From the human T2T-CHM13v2.0 reference genome, Homo sapiens, in assembly GCF_009914755.1 (NCBI RefSeq), contig NC_060932.1: 64,000 nt of DNA, one strand, 5' to 3'. Of the stretch, positions 57,251 to 64,000 are shown piece by piece. Position 1 is the stretch's first letter, and every line of letters begins with the position of its first letter. The notes under the pieces are model-generated. The model was not told where the DNA came from and did no database searches. It saw nothing but the letters and a program-made list of their open reading frames with translations. Position numbers and translations under genes: made by a program.

Positions 57251-59371
57251 GTAAGAAGTAGGGATGGGTAGACTACTGATAAGTTCCATTCATTTTTTTA
57301 AAAATAAATGAACTGGTGTGGTAGTAAATTACAGCTGATCTGAATTTCTTTGTGACATCTAAACACTTCCCAGTAAGTCTGTTCTGGGACTCATTCCCAA
57401 TAAACCATATTTAGAAGAGCCACTTTATTAGCCAGTAGCTAGCTGGCATGGTCCTCAAGGTTGTTTCCTTTGCTGTTGCAGCCAGGGACACACCCAAAAC
57501 AGGTACGATTTCATATTTAGCACTCTATTCCCCTTCACTGAGGCAAGGATCTTATAATTAGAGGCCAGACTGAATCATATTGGATGCACATCCACAGGGC
57601 AGGGATTTCTTCATTTGCCAAAAAATTCCGTCTGAAGCCCTAATTCCAAATCAATAGAAGCCAAGTGCCTCAATACATCCCTTACTCAAAAACATGTGAA
57701 CAAGGCAAACTTATGAGTAATAACTCTGTTCTCACATCTTAAACCAGGTCTTTCCTTTATCAGCATTCCCTGATGACATGTCTTATGTTCACAGTCCATT
57801 TTTTTTCTTTCCCTCAAATATCTTGGCTGTTTCCACTTTATCTTTAAAGAATTCTAGAAACACATTTAGAAGCAATTCAATTAGCCTTGTGACAAAAGCA
57901 ACGCACTCCATTTTGCACACAGTACTTGACTTTATTTTGCTACTGCCTTGACCTCAAAGGAATGTGATAGTGTGAGGTACGAATGCTCTTAATAAACAGG
58001 ATCGATCAAGGGTGCTTGACTCTTGTTGTTCATGTGCAAGTATAGTGGCTTTTTTGTGCCTCAACAAAACCATCAAGAGTACTAAAGGCAAAAGCCAGAA
58101 AGCCTTTCTCTATCAATCTACCACTCTTCACACTTGAGCATCATGCAGAATGTTTGGTTGTTCCTTAGGGGAGCTCTCCCAACTCAAGAAGTCTGTGTCA
58201 GCCACTCAAAATCCAATGCAGACCCAAAATTGAGGCAGGTGGAAAACTGCCTGATCATGGCTTTTAAGCTAATGAATAACAGTTTCTGTTGCTGACTCCT
58301 CCTCAACTGCATCCACTTCCTCAGGATAATCAATCGGGAAAGGTTATTAAATCACACCGGGCTCACTGTTCCCATCATTAACATGTTTTAAATCAGACCA
58401 ATGCCAATGCATATACCAAAAGTAGAGAAAGCAATCTTGATTTTTTAAAAAACATGAACACTGAGGCACCAGAAGAAAGAAAATTCATGTTCTTATATGC
58501 ATTGTTAGTCAAAAAACAGAAACTTCTGGGCTGTGATGAAATGAATTATCATCTCAAATAATTTTTAGTTCTCATTAGAAAGATCTTGGTAGACTTTAAG
58601 GAAAGTAGACTAGATTTTTGCAAACTGATTCCTAAATATAAGCCCACTGCCAGGTAGCCTGCTATCTTTAAAGAGTTACAGTGGAAAATTATTACAGTCA
58701 GAATTCTACATATTCAGTAATATCATCTTTCTTCTTCAGCTAAAGTGACCAAACACAATTCCAAAAATTAATGCTAGAGAGTCAAGTTGCTTAGTAACAC
58801 TGAGCAATATAAAATATTCTTTCAAAAGCACCAAAAATTTATCATAAAGACAACTTGAAAAATGATGATTAGCAAGGACAAAATTCACAAAACCATTTTT
58901 CTGAAAGAGAAATAGAAATGTCTACGTTCAGAAGTAAAACATCTTGGTAAAGTGTTATGTAGTACTGCTAGGGGAAATGCTATGCACAAAAGCCTTTGGA
59001 ACGAGTAGTGATTTCCTTGTATACTACCTGGCCAATATTTTATATTTATTGCCATTTATAGTCATTATGAAGATTTGAATGTATTATATTTTAATATAAT
59101 ACCTTGTAAATTTATATATTGCAAATTTGTTGTTGTCAACATTTATTTCACCCAAAACCCCTGAAGAACAGGACATTTTCCCATCAGTAGCAGAGGTACA
59201 TCCCAAGACAAATTCTAAAGATGAGGCAACATTGCAGACTCTTCAGAGAGCATAGTTTTGAAAATCCCCCCAGGTGATTTCTACAACCCTCACAAAACTT
59301 CCCCATCCCACTTCAAGCATCACTATTTAAATATTCTAGCCTAAATTCTTCAGTTAATATCACATTTGGTA

Positions 59372-59495
59372 ACTGGGCACCGGGGCTCATACCTGTAATC
59401 TCAGCTACTTGGAAAGCTGAGGTGGGAGGATCGCTTGAGCCCAGGAGTTCAAGAGCAGCCTGAGCAACATAGAAACACCCCATCTCTTGAATAAA
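59372..59495 (+). mobile_element. FLAM (free left Alu monomer)
   Basis: Single monomer GGGCAC...GGGAGGATCGCTTGAGCCCAGGAGTTCAAG...CCCATCTCT. Confidence 0.85.
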
Positions 59496-60289
59496 TATAT
59501 TTAATGCAACAGACTACATGTCTGATTATCTAACAATATAATCCAGAAAATAATCTGTCCCATTTGCATATGTGTCCATGTGTTAATTAACCTTTATAAT
59601 AAGTAATATTACTGAGCTGTTATATGTGCCAGGCATGGTGGTGCTAAGGGATTTTCACACATCATCTCATTTGTATCTATGACATAAGTGTAATTTATCC
59701 TGTGATTTTTAAAGATGAGTGCTATAAGATTTAGTGATATTAAGTTCATGGTCACCCATTCAAAAAATGGAAGAGCAAAAACACTAATTCCTAGAATCTA
59801 ATCCAAAGTCTTTGATGGCAACACTATTCTCTGCTTTTTCCCACACTTGCCAATGGTACGAACTCTCAGAAATGAGGTGCAGAGATAGAGGCTATATCTG
59901 CCCAAGAAAAAGGGAACATTGTCTTACATGTGTGACAATTAAATTCATTCATTCATTCGTTCCACAAAAATATGTTGAATACTTGCACATCTCTGAATCC
60001 CGAGTACTCTTTTAGACCTTGGGAACACAGCAATGAACAAATATGACAAACATTCCTGTTGCATGGAGCTATCTTTCTAAGGAGAAATGGGAAAACATGG
60101 AATAAAAAACAAATGCCCATATTATATCAAGTTGTGACCTGTCAGACAGTGGAGAAAAATCAAGCAAATAAGGGAAATAATGAAATGCTGAAATGAGAGG
60201 GGTCTAATTTAAATAGGGCAGTCAGAGATATTAAATAAACAGCCCATTTTCAGAGCATGTTGTTGTATTGAATCCATATGTTTTCCTAA

Positions 60290-60460
60290 TTAAATTTTTA
60301 GTAGAACTTAAAAAGCCATGCCTGTTCCCTTATTTATTGACCATGGCTGCTTTCTCACTACACTGGCAGAGCTAAGTAGTTGTGACAGAGATTGTATGGC
60401 CCACAAAGGCTAAAATATTTACTATCTAGTCCTTTACAGTAAAAGCTTGCTGACTCCTGA
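60290..60460. mobile_element. MER58A-like hAT-Charlie fossil
   Basis: ATGGCTGCTTTC...GGCAGAG...AGTAGTTGTGACAGAGA...ATGGCCCACAAAG...TAAAATATTTACTATCT...CCTTTACAG...GCTGACTCCTG. Confidence 0.75.
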
Positions 60461-63400
60461 GCCATTCCTAAAGAATTTATTTGTGAAAATAATTATATAC
60501 TTGGTACATGTACTGGTGTATGATAATTGCTGAAAAGATAAATTATAAATACACATTAAATAAATATGTTTGCATTCCACAAAATTGCCAAATGCAGGAA
60601 AGAGCAAGCTTATCACAGGCAGCCTAAACTAGCAGCTAGTGCATCCCCTGCCTTCATTTTAACTCCTTATCTCCTAAAGAAAATGCTTTCTGTGTTATAT
60701 TGGAGCCTGCTTATTTCAACAGGCCCTAAAAATACCAATTTATAATCTAAAGATACAGAGTGGCATCATGAGAAATAGCCTTCTACAACTTCATGAGTGA
60801 AGGAGGAGCAACAAAAGATTGAATATGACAGCTGACAGATAGGACAGAGCAAGAATACCTGTCAAACTGAGCTTTGTATCTTTTGGAGGCAAATCCCATT
60901 TTAGGTTGGTATATATTAACATAGTGCCGATCAATATTCAGTAATAGGAAATAAACTTAGCATAAATCATATTGAGTTAGCATTCCCTTAGCTCTTTATT
61001 TTTCCTAAGTTCTTCATAACAATATAGCCAATAATTCTTTATTTCTACAGAATAACAGACTGTTCCCCGAAAAAATTTTCTTCACTGTAATTGCATGCTG
61101 CTCTATCAATCATGTCCTTTTCTGAGAAGGAATCTTTACACATTGATGCCAAACTTGTTTTAGAAGTTAGAGATAAAAATATGTAATACATATCCTGCCC
61201 TTTTATATACCAGGAAAGAAACCAGACACAATATAATAATGACACTTGTGATTAGGAATGGAAATGTAAAATGGCAACATGGAACTCCACAGAGGCAGGA
61301 CTTAGACTAGCATTCATGAACTATTTTTCTCATTTGTTTATTCATTCATTTCCTGAACGTTTATTGCACCTACTAAGTGCCAGAGCCTCATGTTGCCCCT
61401 TGCAGGTAAAGGAGTGGAAACCCTCAAGGAGGCATCATTCTATGGAATAATGAGAGACAATACATAAGTAAGCCAATGAAGGAACAGGATCCTTTCAGGT
61501 TGTGACTATTAGCACAAATGAATAGACAGGGAGACATGAGGGAAAGTAACTTGAAGAAGAATTAATATCTACCACTCTCCAGAATTATTAATGTCTCAGA
61601 ATCTGTTTTTCTTCAGTTGTATAATAAAGAGAATGGAATACCTGCCTCAGAAATACGATAAAAGTTAAATAATTCAATAAAGTCCCCGGTTCTGTGTTTA
61701 AAATATAAAGTGTTCAATAGGATATTATTATTATTTATCATCAAAGGCTTCATCTGTCATTTGGTTAAATACTACACCTTTCCCCAGTGATGGGAAATCT
61801 CATCCCCTTAAATTATGGAAAATTAGCTGTCTTTTATTGAGAACCATACCCTATGCTGGTGCATTACCTAAACTACCTCATTTATTCTTCGTACCTCTTT
61901 GTATTTCACAGACGTATATACTGAGGTTTACAAGGCTGAAATGTCTTATCCAATGCCATACAGATAGTAAGTGGCAGAACTAGATTTAGATTCCAGCGAG
62001 GTCTGCCTCCATAGCCTGTCCCCTTCACCACTATACTAATACTGCAAACCAACCCTGACCATATCATCCAAAAGAGACTCTGATGCAGTAATAATCTGTG
62101 TTGAATGTTGGAACTCATAGCCAGGGCCAGCATGGTTTGTAGGCTCAAATTATGTTCTTAATCAAGTAGTGAAGAAGCAGATAAGTGCAAAGAAACTCCA
62201 TTCAGTCTGCTAGGTTAACACAGAGTGATAAAGCTGGCACCTCTTATCAAGGATGCAGATTTCAAGACAAGATAAAGAATATAACAGCCCCTTATATTAG
62301 AAAGGTATAGTACATATTACAATGTGTTTTTATGTTCTCCTTGTAATGAATCCTCATGCATATATTTTCACACATTAAATGCAGACATTAAGGCTCAAAA
62401 ATCTTTGAGTAGCAATGGTTTGTAAAGCTGAAACTTAAAACCAAGGTTTCTGATTTTGAGTATCATGTTTAGTTGATCAGAAAGCTAAAATCAGTGGAAA
62501 AGGTTGAATTCATGGTTTGCTGAAGGAAAGAAAATGTGCCTATCCCTTGGCTGACTCTGTGAGTTCTTTTAGGACAGCTAGAAAATTAGCTCCGTAACTC
62601 CAGGCCTGAGCATAGTACAGGCTGTCTCCCTCGGGAGACACACAGGTGGAGAAGGAGTCCGATGCCTCCCAGGTGCTCCCAGCTCTACGATGAGGGACTT
62701 TGTCCAAGATTTTTAGAAGCAAGACAACTAAGTGCCCTCTTAAAAATCGGGCAGCTCTGAGAATTTTACTTCTATTTAAGGATCACCATCACCTCTCTCC
62801 TTCTCCATCATTTGCATTCTACATTTTAAAATATCCCCTTTGATTTCCCAGCCCCTACTGGGTAAGCAGCTGAGGAATCACTTATCTGTGTCTCTGTTTA
62901 CAATGTTACCCTTACCAGGCTATATAGCCAGAGAAGCACAAGGGAGAAAAGAGGCTGTGAAATATCTCCCCTGGGAAAGATCAATGTCTTCAGAGAAGTG
63001 TTACAGCTAGCAGCTCAGAGCCAGCCTAGATGCCCAATTAGAATTCCTAAAAACTAGTTCCAAATGAAAATATAACCAGGAGAGGTAACCATACCCTAGA
63101 GAGCAAAGTTAAGAAAATTAAAGCAAGCTATATTAGGGCAGACTTTTCCACAGGCTTAGCTATTTACCAGTAACATACCTAGAAGAAAGAATACTTAGAA
63201 AAGGCTAAATAGCAAACTCAGCCCATGGCAGATCAACGGTAGCATTTTTCCAGCATGGCTCATAAAATAATTCAAAATGACATTTTATTTTCTAAATTTA
63301 GATGTTACTGTAATTTGAATCCAAATTCTGCCAGTTGAGTTTTTCTTTCTCAGTGTGTTTCCAAATATTCACCTCCTGTGAACAAGAAAACATTCAAGCA

Positions 63401-64000
63401 ATAGGAGAAAGGCCAACCTCTCATCATTCATGATTGCCAGACTCCACAATCAATACTGAAACCTCAGCACTACAATAGTTGCTAGTATTGCAGAAAGTGT
63501 TACATCTAATCCTCAAGTCTAGATGCAAATCTTACCTAGCACACAGCTGTTTTCCATTCTTCGAAGCAGAACACTGAAATCAGAAACATTTTAAAAATAT
63601 GTTCCATAAGGACTTAGTATCACAGCGTGAATAAGAATACCTTTGTTAGGTGCGATAGGCATAAACTCTTGTGTAGAAATAAGAGTTAGTTTTTCATTCT
63701 CCCTGCTCCCCTCCCACATACGACCTCCACCAATTCCGACCTTTAAGCCCAAGTTTTGTTTTTAGGTTTTTCAAATTTCAGGAAAAATATTCCTTCCCAA
63801 AATTCAATGCATAATAGTAAAGAGAAAAAGATGATGTTGGAGTCCAATATATCACTTTGATATACCAATGCCTCAAAAGTGTGGCTTTTGATCACCAGCA
63901 TATAAACTTTCTGACATCAGTCTTATCCTCTCTAAAATGCAGATAAAAAGTAGGGCCGTTAAGGTTAAGTATAATAAAAAAAAAAAAGTAGGGCCGTTAT

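Noticed and set aside
57850-58400. Repeat-poor intronic stretch that might hide an exon or enhancer
   Set aside because: No ORF or convincing splice-site pair. Conservation cannot be judged from the sequence alone.

Overview
Primate (almost certainly human) genomic DNA covering the 5' part of the thyrotropin-releasing hormone receptor gene TRHR on the + strand. It comprises about 41 kb of repeat-rich upstream sequence, a promoter with a (TG)n microsatellite, a non-coding exon 1 ending at 41417, a 541-nt 5'-UTR intron, the first coding exon (41959-42835, ATG at 42047, 263 codons covering TM1-TM5 and most of ICL3), and about 21 kb of the long second intron. The exon encoding TM6-TM7 was not found in the window. 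The rest is mostly retroelements (Alu, L1, MaLR LTRs, a solo LTR12, MIR/L2) and hAT DNA-transposon fossils. Subfamily calls are from recalled consensus features, not a database search. I found no convincing new multi-gene system. The least explained structure is in TRHR intron 2: a ~235-bp diverged inverted duplication (48261-48496 / 49438-49675) enclosing a perfect 32-bp hairpin (49209-49275). Also notable are two uORFs in exon 2 (one in frame with TRHR), an Alu+L1 composite inside one target-site duplication (TSD), a possible L1 3' transduction, and a ~21-nt L1-tail micro-insertion at the window end.
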